Part shown: positions 1-11,300 of the stretch, in pieces | Numbering within the stretch: position 1 is the first letter of the stretch | Layout of the letters: each line of letters starts with the position of its first letter | Assembly (NCBI RefSeq): GCF_006345805.1 | Contig: NW_021835410.1 | Location: forward strand, 1 to 44,479 | Source: Octopus sinensis | Taxonomy: Eukaryota | Reading direction: 5' to 3' | DNA length: 44,479 nt | Translations under genes and position numbers: made by a program | Notes under the pieces: generated by a model | Told to the model about the DNA's origin: nothing | Seen by the model: the letters and a program-made list of their open reading frames with translations, nothing else | The model's database searches: none

Positions 1-925
1 TTGTGAGTGGATTTGGTAGACGGAAACTGAAAGAACCACGTCGTATATATATATATATATATATATGCATTCGAAAGTCATGCTTGACCATGGGATGAGG
101 TGGTCAAGCATGACCTTCAAACTTTGGGCCTCACAGAGGCAATGACAAAAGACCGAGACCTCTGGTGATATGCTGTGACTACGAAGACCTGACAGATAAC
201 GTGAGTTCATGGCTGTTTACTGCACCAGCTTCACATAGAAGCCCCAGCCCATCCAAAGTACCTTGGATCGCAGGACAGCCAGCTGTGTTTACCTTGGATT
301 GTAGGGTGACCTGCTATGCTTGAGGAGACCTATTGAGTCAAGTACATCCACATCAAAAAATCAAATGGAAATTGTAGTTGTGATACCTGAGCTAGTGGCA
401 CGTAAAAAGCACCATCCGAACGTGGCCGATGCCAGCGCCGCCTTGACTGGCTTCCATGCTGGTGGCACCAACCAATCATGGCCGTTGCCAACCTCGCCTG
501 GCTCCTGTGCCGGTGACATGTAAAAAGCACCCACTACACTCACAGAGTGGTTAGCGTTAGGAAGGGCATCAGGCTGTAGAAACACTGCCAGATCAGACTG
601 GAGCCTGTTGCAACCTCCTGGCTTCCCAGACCCCAGTCTAACCGTCCAACCCATGTCAGCATGGAAAATGGACATTAAACGATGATGATGATGATGATGT
701 TGATATATATATATGTATGTCTGTGTATATGTTTGTGTGCCTGTGTTTGTCCCCCCAACATCACTTGACAACTGATGCTGGTCCCTGTAACTTAGCAGTT
801 CGGCAAACGAGACCGATAGAATAAGTACTAGGCTTACAAAGAATAAGTCCTGTGGTCGATGTGCTCGACTAAAGGCGGTGCTCTAGCATGGCCGCAGTCA
901 AATTACTGAAACAAGTAAAAGAGTA
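1..925 (+). mobile_element. S1 SINE (5' part outside window), split by an RTE insertion in its internal (TA)n
   Basis: 1-45 matches the S1 body (gagtggatttggtagacggaaactgaaagaa). 704-925 continues with the S1 3' half, ending gactgaaacaagtaaaagagta-like. Confidence 0.85.
69..703 (+). mobile_element. 5'-truncated RTE-clade LINE 3' end
   Basis: Translates WDEVVKHDLQTLGLTEAMTKDRDLW*YAV, homologous to the end of the 15112-15513 ORF. Followed by the conserved 3' UTR and a (GAT)n tail. Confidence 0.85.
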
Positions 926-974
926 TACACACACACACACACACACACACATCATATATATATTTCAGTGGCCT

Positions 975-1330
975 TTTTAGTACACAGTTTGTGATAGACC
1001 ATGCCTTTCTTTTGCTGGGCTCAAATCTCATTTGCAGACCCATGAAAAATGAACTTCCACCAACTTCTCTGTCTATATATCTGTGCCCACCTTTCAATGC
1101 TGTATATGCCATAAGGTCTGCAAATCTAACGGAGGTCTCGAAAGACATTTTAAGATCCACAAAGATAAGAACTTATCTGCAGCTCTTGGTGGTCCAAATC
1201 AGAGGTGCAATCTATGTTGGTGTCTTTTCAATACAATGTCTGATTTAAAAAGCCACATCAGAGGCCATGATGGATCTAAGGTGTAAGTACAAAAGGTGGT
1301 CAGACTCTGCATAAGGAGTGGACAACCACC
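975..1330 (+). pseudogene. Degenerate three-C2H2 zinc-finger segment, probably the C-terminus/3' end of an RTE(BovB)-like LINE
   Basis: One frame reads (Y)TVCDRPCLSFAGLKSHLQTH, stop, CCICHKVCKSNGGLERHFKIH, CNLCWCLFNTMSDLKSHIRGH. A short UTR and (TATG)n follow. Confidence 0.55.
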
Positions 1331-1380
1331 CATATATGTATGTGTATGTATGTATGTATGTATGTAGTATGTATGTATGT

Positions 1381-1578
1381 AAAGTTAATCTAAATATGAA
1401 AGCACAAAAAAACCAACAACGCAAGGACGTGGAACAAATATAGTATTATTGGATGCTCAGGAAAGAAGGAGGGTTTAACGTTTCAAGCGGAGCTCTTCGT
1501 CAGAAACATAGGAGAAGGAAAGATCCAGAGAAGGGAAGACAGAAGAAAAAAATTGCCAACGGTACACACGAGGTCACA
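1381..1578 (-). mobile_element. H1 ~195-bp hammerhead-carrying mini element (Penelope-like pLTR derivative), copy 1
   Basis: Homologous to 3893-4088, 4119-4322 and 31952-32146. Flanked by microsatellites. Confidence 0.75.
1473..1507 (-). ncRNA. Minimal type-I hammerhead ribozyme motif
   Basis: Minus strand: guuu CUGACGA a gagc ucc gcuu GAAAC GUU aaac. Stem I 4 bp, stem II 4 bp, palindromic stem III AACGUU. Confidence 0.7.
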
Positions 1579-1675
1579 CCCACACCTACACACACATACA
1601 CATATATAAGAAAAATAAGAAAATAGAAATAAATCAATTAATAATTATATTTATTAATTGCAAAAATAGACATAA

Positions 1676-1758
1676 TCCCTGACAGCTGTTTCGATTCAGA
1701 CTTTAAAGATTTTAATTAAAATAATTAGATCATTATAAAGTAGAATCCCATCGGAGCT
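1676..1758 (-). ncRNA. Degenerate hammerhead motif with long stem II
   Basis: Minus strand: CCGAUGG gauuc...gaauc GAAACAGCUGUC. Palindromic stem III and GUC site intact; core and stem I mutated. Confidence 0.5.
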
Positions 1759-1794
1759 AGAAAAAAAGATATACCATTACACCCAACTGAGTAA

Positions 1795-1967
1795 CTTGAC
1801 AACCAATGCTGGTGTGTTTATGTCCCTGTCACTTAGCAGTTCGGCAAGAGAAACTAATAGAATAAGTACTAGGCTTACAAAGAATAGGTCCTGGGGTCGA
1901 TTTGCCTGACTAAAGGCCGTGCTCTAGCATGGCCACAGTCAAATGACTGAAACAAGTAAAAGAGTAA
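1795..1967 (+). mobile_element. S1 SINE 3' half
   Basis: cttgacaacc...ctggggtcgatttg...gactgaaacaagtaaaagagta. Confidence 0.85.
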
Positions 1968-2082
1968 TAGCTGTTTTACAGAGACCAGTTTCACTGGAGA
2001 TGGCATGTTAAGAAAGACCTTGCTTTTGGAGCTCTACAATTCTATCTCATTCAAAATCCGTGAACAGTTTAGCTTTGCCCAT
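1966..2082 (-). pseudogene. Tc1/Tc3-like transposase N-terminal HTH relic
   Basis: Minus strand MGKAKLFTDFE*DRIVELQKQGLS*HAISSETGLCKTAI resembles Tc3-type N-termini. Two stops. Confidence 0.65.
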
Positions 2083-2310
2083 TGTTGCTGTTGTGAAATA
2101 GACAGGGTGTGACTGACAGTTGCTGACTCAGAGAAGACTTGAATGTAAATGCCAGAATTTTTATAGTTTATACCAGATTTAAACATTTTTGTCATGTTCT
2201 TAAATGTTTGTCCTGGCAAAATATTGTTAGTTTTCACACAATGCATTTTTCTGCATTAAATGTTAAGCATTTTTAAAGGTTTTCGTATTTCCTTTTCTAT
2301 TTCGGGATGT

Positions 2311-2510
2311 ACTTGCATAGCAAGTGACCTGATCTGAGATCGTGTGCTGGAACGAAAACAATTGCAGCGCATAAGGTGTTTATAAGCCATTTAAGAAACA
2401 CACAAAAACCCGTTAGAGTCACTTCAACATTTAAATTTAATTTGTCAAATTATATTTTCATTGCTTTGAAACTGCGACCTGTTCACTGACAAAATTCCGT
2501 GCTGCATCTG
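2311..2510 (-). mobile_element. H2 dispersed repeat carrying a variant hammerhead, copy A
   Basis: Homologous to 14157-14334. Both start (+ strand) with the hairpin acttgc-ata-gcaagt. Confidence 0.7.
2441..2493 (-). ncRNA. Hammerhead-like motif with G3:C8 swapped core (GUGAACA)
   Basis: Minus strand: uuuguca GUGAACA g gucgc-aguuucaaa-gcaau GAAA auauaauu ugacaaa. Stem I 7 bp. Confidence 0.55.
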
Positions 2511-2629
2511 AGAAAGTAATAGTTAGTTCATGATATATATGTACATGTATGTGTGTATGTATGTATGTACATATGTATGTATGTATTCATGTATGTATGT
2601 ATGTATGTAGTATGTATGTATGTATGTAT

Positions 2630-3035
2630 GCAGGAGTGGCTGTGTGGTAAGTAGCTTGCTTATCAACCACATGGTTCCAGGTTCAGTCCCACTGTGTGGC
2701 ACCTTGGGCAAGTGTCTTCTACTATAGCCTCGAGCCGACCAAACCCTTGTGAGTGGATTTGGTAGATGGAAACTGAAAGAAGCCGGTCGTATATATGTAT
2801 ATATATGTACGTGTGTATGTATATGTTTGTGTGTCTGTGTTTGTCCCCACAGCATCGCTTGACAACTGATGCTGGTGTGTTTACATCCTCATAACTTAGC
2901 AGTTCGGCAAAAGAGACTGATAGAATAAGTACTAGGCTTACAAAGAATAAGTCCTGGGGTCGATTTGCTCGACTAAAGGAGGTGCTCCAGCATGGTCGCA
3001 GTCAAATGACTGAAACAAGTAAAAGAGTAAAAGAG
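2630..3035 (+). mobile_element. Full-length S1 tRNA-derived SINE with CORE-like segment and internal TA/TG microsatellite
   Basis: A box tggctgtgtggt, B box ggttcagtccc, CORE-like accttgggcaagt, tail gactgaaacaagtaaaagagta. Confidence 0.9.
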
Positions 3036-3082
3036 ATATACACATACACACACACATACATATGCACATATGTGTGTGTGTG

Positions 3083-3113
<31 letters not shown>

Positions 3114-3786
3114 TATCTGAAAAATATAGTATTAAATATTCATTACAGCTGATCTTACCAACCGGTTTCATGTAAAGAATATAATGGAGTGTTAGGTAAC
3201 AACCCAGTCATCCCTTTTGATCAGGGGTGGGGAATGTTGGTCTGCTCACCTAGCCTGCAAGCTGGGGTCATTTGAATGTAAAAAGTGCATTGTGACCAGC
3301 GATGTGTAACAACACCTGATAGCCTGGTCAGTCACGTTATCATGTAATGTATCTAATTTATTTTTAATGACATAATTAAAAAAACATAAATGCTGCAATT
3401 AGAAGATCCACGCTTTTAAAGGGCTCGGTATTGAAGTTTGTAGGATTGTAGGGGCCAATTAAGTAGGAGAGGACATCCCAGGATAGTGTGACTTGTGTCT
3501 CACTAGGAGATGGAATTCGGGTCTTTTGCTGCATGGAACACAGCAGCATTGGCAACATTGGTGCAAACATATTATATTATTTCTTCTTCTGGAACAGTTA
3601 ATCTCGAAGCACATCACATAAAGCTATAAATAATAGTGTCTAAATATATTAGGTAAAAAAAGCCCATTTGGATGGAAAAGGTCGAAGGCTGCCCGACGTC
3701 AACGGATGTTATATTATATTATATACCCTGATAGAAGATGTATATCATATACATTATATACATCTTCTAGTTCCGAAAACAAGAGA

Positions 3787-3851
<65 letters not shown>

Positions 3852-3892
3852 TGGATGTGTGTGTGTGTGTATACATATATATACATATATAT

Positions 3893-4088
3893 AAAGTTAA
3901 TCCAAACAAGAAAGCACAAAAAAACACAACGCGAGGACGTGGAACAAATATAGTATTATTGGATCTCAGGAAAGAAGGAGGGTTTAACGTTTCGAGCGGA
4001 GCTCTTCGTCGGAAACATAGGAGAAGGAAAGATCCAGAAAAGGGAAGACAGAGGAAAAAAAATTGCCAACGGTACACACAAGGTCACA
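3893..4088 (-). mobile_element. H1 hammerhead mini element, copy 2 (motif at 3982-4016)
   Basis: Minus strand: guuu CCGACGA a gagc ucc gcuc GAAACGUU aaac. Lies in (TA)n. Confidence 0.75.
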
Positions 4089-4118
4089 TTTATATATATA
4101 TATATATACACATACATA

Positions 4119-4318
4119 TAGTCAATCCAAACATAAACAAGCAAGGAAAAAAAACAATGTGAGGACGTGGGATAAGTACAGTGTTATTGGATGCTCAGGA
4201 AAGGAAAGAAAACAAAGAGGATTTCATGTTTCGAGCAGAGCTCTTCATCAGAAATATAGAAAAAGTCCAAAGAAAGGAAGACAGAGAAAGAAAATCGCCA
4301 ACAATGCACACAGGTGGT

Positions 4319-4322
<4 letters not shown>
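4119..4322 (-). mobile_element. H1 hammerhead mini element, copy 3 (motif at 4221-4255)
   Basis: Minus strand: auuu CUGAUGA a gagc ucu gcuc GAAAC AUG aaau. Stem I covaries with other copies; cleavage triplet degenerate. Confidence 0.7.
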
Positions 4323-4359
<37 letters not shown>

Positions 4360-4592
4360 TGAGATAGGGGTTGTGAGTGCAACCCACCATGGGATAACAT
4401 GTAGTTTATATTTATTTATACATATTGTACTTATTGTATCATATTACTCATTGATTTGGCATTGTTTTGTTCTGTACTATTATGTTTGACCTTGATGTTC
4501 ATATGTAGTTGGTTAATAAATTATGTGATTGGGTATTATCTTGTAGTTGATTATTGATTAAGGTGTATTTCTCCATTTTCTTATTTTGTGTT

Positions 4593-4623
<31 letters not shown>

Positions 4624-4679
4624 TTTATATTTTACTTGTTTCAGTCCAGTCATAACTGCGGCCATGCTGGGGCACCGCC

Positions 4680-4712
<33 letters not shown>

Positions 4713-4876
4713 GTAGTTTATATTTGAAATGTGTATATATAAATATATAGGGTCTTGCAGATAAATTGAAATAATTTTTACAACACATAATTTTTACAAC
4801 TGGTTATAAATACTAAAAATATTGGTAGTAGACAGGTATAATTTTAATGTAACATCTAATACAACAAAAACAGTTA

Positions 4877-6100
4877 TCACTCAATATGGCCACTCTTTTG
4901 GGCCGTTACTACCTCCACACAAGAATGAAATTTTTTTGAAGTTGCCACCACCTTTGCCTTCTTGATTTTACATGTCGCATGCACAATGCAGATCTGCAAA
5001 CTTTTGACGCTTGTGTACGGTGAAGCATTGGTCCTTGCTTGAAGTACACCCCATAAAACGTAATTGAGAAGGTTGAGATCTGGGTTATTACTGGGCCAGA
5101 TGTTGGCCCTCGCAAAAATGGTATCTTCTCACCAAGGAAGGCCTGTGTTGCTTTTGACCCATGGCATGGGACAGAATCCTGAATAAGCACCACATTGTCA
5201 AGCCCACACTTCTTATTTCTTTATTGCCCACAAGGGGCTAAACATAGAGGGGACAAACAAGGACAGACAAAGGGATTAAGTCGATTACATCGACCCCAGT
5301 CCATAACTGGTACTTAATTTATCGACCCCGAAAGGATGAAAGGCAAAGTCGGCCTCGGCGGAATTTGAACTCACAACGTAACGGCAGATGAAATCCTGCA
5401 AAGCATTTCGCCCGGCGTGCTAATGCTTCTGCCAGCTTGCCACCTTCTGCTCCATCCAAAGTAACAGAGAGTCCTTCAAGATGTTCAGATATTCCTTTGT
5501 GCCAATCTTCAAGCTAGACTCAAAGAAGTGTGGATCCATGACACTTCCATTACTCGCCACAGCTCCAAATACCATCACAGAGGCAGGATTCTTAGTCTCA
5601 AACACAGTGGGGACGTCAGAAGGGTTGCATGCAATCACTTGAGGATTTCTGCAATTCACCCCAGTGTCCATAGTGAACTTCTCATCCACAAACACAAGAG
5701 TTTTTCCTGCACCTTGATGCTTGAGGAATGACAGAAGCTTGGCTCTGATTGCTTTGGCCTTGCTGTTAGGAGGTGATGGCATCATCAAACATAGCCAGTC
5801 ATGCCAAGGTTTCTGTTCCCAGCTCTGGACACCATGGAAAGGGACACACTGTGTTTCTTTGCAAGAGCTGTCATGGATGGGTTGGCTTCAATTGAGCAAT
5901 TGAGGCCAGTGAGAATCTTTGGATTCTGTTTGGAATCCCTTCGAGTCTTGTGTTCTTTTCATTCAATCTTTCCCTCTTCTTTAAATTGTTTACACACAAT
6001 AAACTGTTGCTTTTGGAAGCTTCATCAACCTAACAATTTTATTGCCATTGTGCCCAGGACACTCAAAAACAACAATGGTAAAATGGTTCTGTTGTTCCAT
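4877..6100 (-). pseudogene. DD37D transposase pseudogene
   Basis: Motifs VFVDEK, NPASVMVFGAVASNG, IQDSVPCH, WPSNNPDLNLLNY, GHIE*. There are 37 residues between the 2nd D and the mutated 3rd D position after correcting one frameshift. Contains stops and a SINE insertion. Confidence 0.85.
5214..5445 (-). mobile_element. S2 tRNA-derived SINE inserted in the transposase
   Basis: B box gagttcaaattcc, body gcctttcatcctttcggggtcgataaattaagtaccag, short cttct duplication. Confidence 0.85.
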
Positions 6101-6345
6101 GACTTTCTGTTGTTGAATCAGTTCACTATTTACCTGAAAAATAAAGAGGAGGATTAGATTTTCAAGCAAGTAAAGTTTTGTCAAAACATAAAATGTCAAA
6201 CCCACTATGTCAACTACTTAAGACTGGTCTCAATTTATTTGCAAGACCCTTTATAGTCAGTATTTGATATGTTGATATGTATACAGATATTTATTTATAC
6301 ATACATAGACAGTTTTATATTTGAAATGTGTAAATGTGTGTTTAT

Positions 6346-6726
6346 ATATATATCATCATCATCATCATCGTCGTCGTTTAACATCCGCTTTCCATGCTAG
6401 CATGGGTTGGACGGTTCAACTGGGGTCTGGAAAGCCCGAAGGCTGCACCAGGCCCAGTCAGATCTGGCAGTGTTTCTACAGTTGGATGCCCTTCCTAACG
6501 CCAACCACTCCATGAGTGTAGTGGGTGCTTTTTATGTGCCACCGACATATATATATATATGGATATGGTTGGCGTATAGGAAGGGCATACACACTGTAGA
6601 AACACTGCCAGATCTGACTGGGCCTGGTGCAGCCTTCGGGCTTTCCAGACCCAGTTGAACCGTCCAACCCATGCTAGCATGGAAAGCGGATGTTACGACG
6701 ACGATGATGATGATGATGATATATAT
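6346..6726. repeat. Fold-back inverted pair of RTE 3' tails
   Basis: 6346-6507 is nearly the reverse complement of 6566-6726. Confidence 0.85.
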
Positions 6727-7027
6727 GGAGGCACAATCGCCCAGTGGTTAGGGCAGTGGACTTGCTGTCATAGGATTGCAGTTTCGATTCCCAGACTGGG
6801 CATTGTGAGTATTTATTGAGCGAAAACACCTAAAGCTCCACAAGACTCCGGCAGCAGGTGGTGGCAATCCCTGCTGTACTCTTTCGCCACAACTTTCTCT
6901 CTTTCTTTCTTCTGTTGGCCTGCTCGCTTAGCCAGTGGGGTGGCGTCATTTAAAGGCTAAAACAATGTGAAGCGTATTGTGACCAGCGATGTGTAGCAAC
7001 ATCTGCTAGCCTGGTCGGTCATGGTGA
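6727..7027 (+). mobile_element. S3 tRNA-derived SINE, tail type a
   Basis: Head ggaggcacaat..cccagtggttagggcag, B box gtttcgattccc, tail gaccagcgatgtgtagcaacatctg. Confidence 0.85.
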
Positions 7028-7048
7028 TATATATATATATATATATAA

Positions 7049-7235
7049 GGATAAGATCATTAATTTAATTATCGATCTTATCAAGTGGCCAGCATGGGAG
7101 TAAAAACCTTCAAAGGTAATAATTATTATTAAAATTATAATTTAGGGTATCTAAGAGATGCCTCCACGCTGGAAATAGCAGCCAAATCTTGACTCTAAAT
7201 TCACATTAAATGTTCATACACCATATAAATTGAAG
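7049..7235 (-). mobile_element. Penelope-like remnant homologous to 42800-42895
   Basis: Shares the ggtatct-NNN-agat(a/g)cc hairpin, the gctgRaaatagcagcca motif and downstream sequence. Abuts (TA)n. Confidence 0.5.
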
Positions 7236-7488
7236 TTATTCCAGAGATGAGAACGAGAGCCTGGGACTTTCTTAACAGATGGGTATGCTAGGTAGTTGCT
7301 CCTGGCTGAGCCCATGGGTCTCAAGGATCAGTTTTAATCTATGGTGTGCCACACAAACCCTGCTAATTTTTCATAAATATCCTGACTGCCTTCATCCATA
7401 GGTATGTGAGTACAAATGCCTAAATACACCCAGTGCATAATTTGAGGCTGTTTCAGGCATAATAGCAGGAAACCCAGGACTCTTTTAA

Positions 7489-7707
7489 CCCTTTTGATGA
7501 CAACCCGGCTGAAACCACCTCTGGCTCTGAGTACAAGTGTCTTGTTTTCAAAAGTTCTAACTTAAAATCTTCCACCAAACCTTAGTCACAATTTATGTTC
7601 CTAACACTAGCTGAATGATTACTAAGTTATTTTACTAAATTCTTTGTTATATTTAAAATTTATTGAAAGAAACAGAGCATCTCAACAGAAATCTGGTAAC
7701 AAAAGGG
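7489..7707 (+). mobile_element. piggyBac-like MITE
   Basis: TTAA on both sides, termini cccttttg...caaaaggg. Confidence 0.8.
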
Positions 7708-7738
7708 TTAAGATATATAATAGAGAAACAATTCTTAA

Positions 7739-8542
7739 CCCTTTTGATACCAACCCGGCTGAAACTGGCTCTGGCTCTGTAGTACAAATGTCTTGTTTCC
7801 ATAAGTTTTGAATGAAAATCTTCCACCAAACCTTAGTCTCAATTTATGTTCTTAACACTAACTTAATGATAACAAAGTTATTTTACTAAATTCATCATCA
7901 TCATCATCATCATCATCGTCGTTTAACGTCCGCTTTCCATGCTAGCATGGGTTGGATGATTTGACTGAGGACTGACAAACCACATGGCTGCACTAGACTC
8001 CAATCTGATCTGGCAGATGCCCTTCCTAATGCCAACCACTCCAAGAGTGTAATGGGTGCTTTTACGTGCCACCGGCACGAGGGCCAGTCAGGCGGTACTG
8101 GCAGCAGCCACGCTCAAATGGTGCTTTTTATGTGCCACCTGCACAGGAGCCAGTCCAGCGGCACTGGCAAAAACCTCACTCTATTGTTTTTTCATGTGCA
8201 ATCAGCACAAGTGCCAGTTATGCGACACAGGTAATGATCACACTCGAATGGTGTTTTTATGTGCCATCAGCATGGAGGCCAGTTTGCTGCTCTGGCAACA
8301 ATCATGCTCGTATGGTACTCTTAGCACTCCACTAGCATGGATGCCAGTCATTGAATTTGATTTCAATTTCCCTTGCCTCAACAGGTCTTCGCAAGCAGAG
8401 TTTAGTGTCCAATGAAGGAAAGGTACACATAAGAGGGCTGGTTACACCTCTGGCATAGGTCACGAGGTTATGGTCTCTGTTATATTTTAAATTAATAGAA
8501 AGAAACACAGAGCATCACAACATAAATATGGTAACAAAAGGG
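7739..8542 (+). mobile_element. Second copy of the piggyBac-like MITE, interrupted by an RTE
   Basis: TTAA-cccttttgatacc...ggtaacaaaaggg-TTAA. Homology to copy 1 breaks at 7893 and resumes at ~8478. Confidence 0.8.
7894..8477 (-). mobile_element. RTE LINE 3' UTR
   Basis: Reverse-complement homolog of 15512-16098, with a (CAT)n tail on the + strand. Confidence 0.85.
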
Positions 8543-8718
8543 TTAAAATATGGCCAACACTAAGCAATTGCTACTGAGGGAGCCTACAAACATCTTGGGG
8601 GCTAATGCTTATCCAGATATTCTATAGTTTGCTGTCAATAACTAAATAAATGCTATAAACCTCTACGTACTGCTGTACCCTGGGCTAGGCCAGGCAAGTA
8701 GGAGAGAAGGGTCTATAG

Positions 8719-8919
8719 CATTGCTTTTCAAACTTTTTGCTGGAGCGGAACCCCAAGGAAACATTCCACTGGCTCGGGGAACCCCTGTGCAATAATTTAA
8801 TAGTCTTATGCACACATATCTGCACAGGAGAATTAAAAATCACTGCCGATTTTAGCAGTTTTGTAACTTCTTGCGGAACCCCTGGACTGTACTGGCGGAA
8901 CCCTGGTTGAAAACCACTG
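8719..8919 (-). mobile_element. hAT-like MITE
   Basis: cagtg(g/c)ttttcaa TIRs. 8-bp TSD gtctatag/gtctacag. Confidence 0.85.
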
Positions 8920-8958
8920 GTCTACAGTGTTGTTTTAAGAGAGATCTGCAAAAAATCC

Positions 8959-9546
8959 GGCGCAGGAGTGGCTGTGTGGTAAGTAGCTTGCTAACCAACC
9001 ACATGGTTCCGGGTTCAGTCCCACTGCGTGGCATAATGGGCAAGTGTCTTCTACTATAGCTTCGGGCCGACCAATGCCTTTTGAGTGGATTTGGTAGACG
9101 GAAACTGAAAGAAGCCTGTCGTATATATGTATATATATATATATGTGTGTGTATGTGTTTGTGTGTCTGTGTTTGTCCCCCCAGCATCACTTGACAACTG
9201 ATGCTGGTGTGTTTATGTCCTCGTAACTTAGCGGTTCGGCAAAAGAGACCGATAGAATAAGTATTAGGCTTATAAGGCAAGGAGCTGACAGAATCGTTAG
9301 CACGCAGGGCGAAATGCTTAGCGGTATTTTATCTGCCGTTACGTTCTGAGTTCAAATTCCGCTGAGGTCAACTTAAGACTTTTGTCTGCCCTTGTTTGTC
9401 CCCTCTATGTTTAGCCCCTTGTCGGCAATAAAGAAATAAGAATAAGTACTAGGCTTACAAAGAATAAGTTCTGGGGTTGATTTGCTCGGCTAAAGGTGGT
9501 GCTCCAGTATGGCCACAGTCAAATGACTGAAACAAGTAAAAGAGTA
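8959..9546 (+). mobile_element. Full-length S1 SINE containing an S2 insertion (9276-9438)
   Basis: ggcgcaggagtggc head. The S2 is flanked by a 22-bp duplication agaataagta(t/c)taggctta(t/c)aa. Confidence 0.85.
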
Positions 9547-9612
9547 CCGAAAGGGTTAAAGCATGGCCAACGCTAAGCAATTGCTACTGAGGGAGCCTAC
9601 AAACATGTAGGG

Positions 9613-9813
9613 CAGTGGTTTTCAACCAGGGTTCCGCCAGTACAGTCCAGGGGTTCCGCAAGAAGTTACAAAACTGCTAAAATCGACAGTAATTTTTAAT
9701 TCTCCTGTGCAGATATGTGTGCATAAAACTATTAAATTATTGCACAGAGGTTCCTCGAGCCAGTGGAATGTTTCCTTGGGGTTCCGCTCCAGCAAAAAGT
9801 TTGAAAAGCACTG
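9613..9813 (+). mobile_element. hAT-like MITE, same family, opposite orientation
   Basis: Near-identical reverse complement of 8719-8919. TSD atgtaggg/atctaggg. Confidence 0.85.
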
Positions 9814-10379
9814 ATCTAGGGGACTAATGCTTATCCATATATTCTATAGTTTGCTGTCAATAACTAAATAAATGCTATAAACCTCTACATATGTATCTGC
9901 TGTACCCTGGGCCGGGCCAGGCAAGTAGGAGAGAAGGGTCTACAGTGTTATTTTAAGAGAGATCTGCAAAAAATCCGGGCAGATTCAAAACGGAAACGAG
10001 CAAGATGTCTTTCCCAACGAAGCAGCTGAAATATCGACATGATTATAGCTGGTTGCCACTTCAGGTGAGCTTCATGAAACGCTTGTGTGTTGCGATCACC
10101 TGTCTGTATCATCAATTTATATTAATTTATTGAACAGCTTCATGCCAGGTATGTCTGCTTGCACCGTTTATGGACGAACTATAGTGATCTCTAACGGTTC
10201 TGTCTGTGTGTCGTTCATATGTGAATCAATACTTCTACTCTAGATAACATATTCAGTGTCCTGTTAGTGAGACCATCCGTAAAGAATTAGCGCTCACGCG
10301 CACACGCACAGAACAAACAGCCAAACGCACACACTTACACATGTATATTTACATATATATCTGCTAAAACATCTACCAG

Positions 10380-10683
10380 TCTGCCTGTCTGTTTGCTTGT
10401 CTATCTATCGGTCTAGCTATCTATCTATATGTCTTTGCATCTATCTATCTATCTATCTATCTATCTATTTATCTATCGGTCTATCTATCTATATGTCTAT
10501 CTGTCTGTCTATCTGTCTTCGCATCTATCTATCTATCTGTCTGTCTGTCTATTTATCTGTCCATCTATCTATCTGTTAACACATTTTCTTTCTATCTATG
10601 TATCTATCTATGTATCTATCTATCTATCTATCTATCTATCTGTCTCTCTCTCTCTCTCTCTGTCTTTGCATCTACCTATCCTT

Positions 10684-10745
<62 letters not shown>

Positions 10746-11057
10746 GTCTGTCTGTTTGTCTATCTATCTATGTCTATATCTATATGTCTGTCTGTCTATC
10801 ATTCTTTATCTCTCTTTCACACTCTCTCTTCAAATACATCTATATATATATACACACACACTTTATCTATCTATCTATTCACCTATCTGGCTGCCTGGTT
10901 GCCTGTCTATCTAACTTTGTTTATATATGTGTCTGTCTGTTTGTCTGTCTGTCACTTTCTCTCTTTCTCTTTCTCTCTCTCTCCCTCCCTCCCTCTCTCT
11001 CTCTCCCTCTATATATATACACATATGCATATATACCTGTGTCTATCTATCTATCTA

Positions 11058-11115
<58 letters not shown>

Positions 11116-11198
11116 CCCATCTATCCATGTATCTATCTTTCTGCCTCTCTGTGTGTTGTGTGCCTGGTGTCAATGTATGTATATGTATGTATAAATAT

Positions 11199-11253
<55 letters not shown>

Positions 11254-11300
11254 CATATATATATACACACATACATATATACATATATACATATGTGTAC
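10380..11300. repeat. Compound (ATCT)n/(GTCT)n/(CT)n/(TA)n/(CA)n microsatellite
   Basis: Direct inspection. Confidence 0.95.

Larger units (their letters stand above)
4748..6251 (-). mobile_element. Tc1/mariner-superfamily DD37D (maT) transposon, decayed
   Basis: TIRs agggtcttgca(g/a)ataaattga at both ends in TA context, enclosing a transposase relic. Confidence 0.85.
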
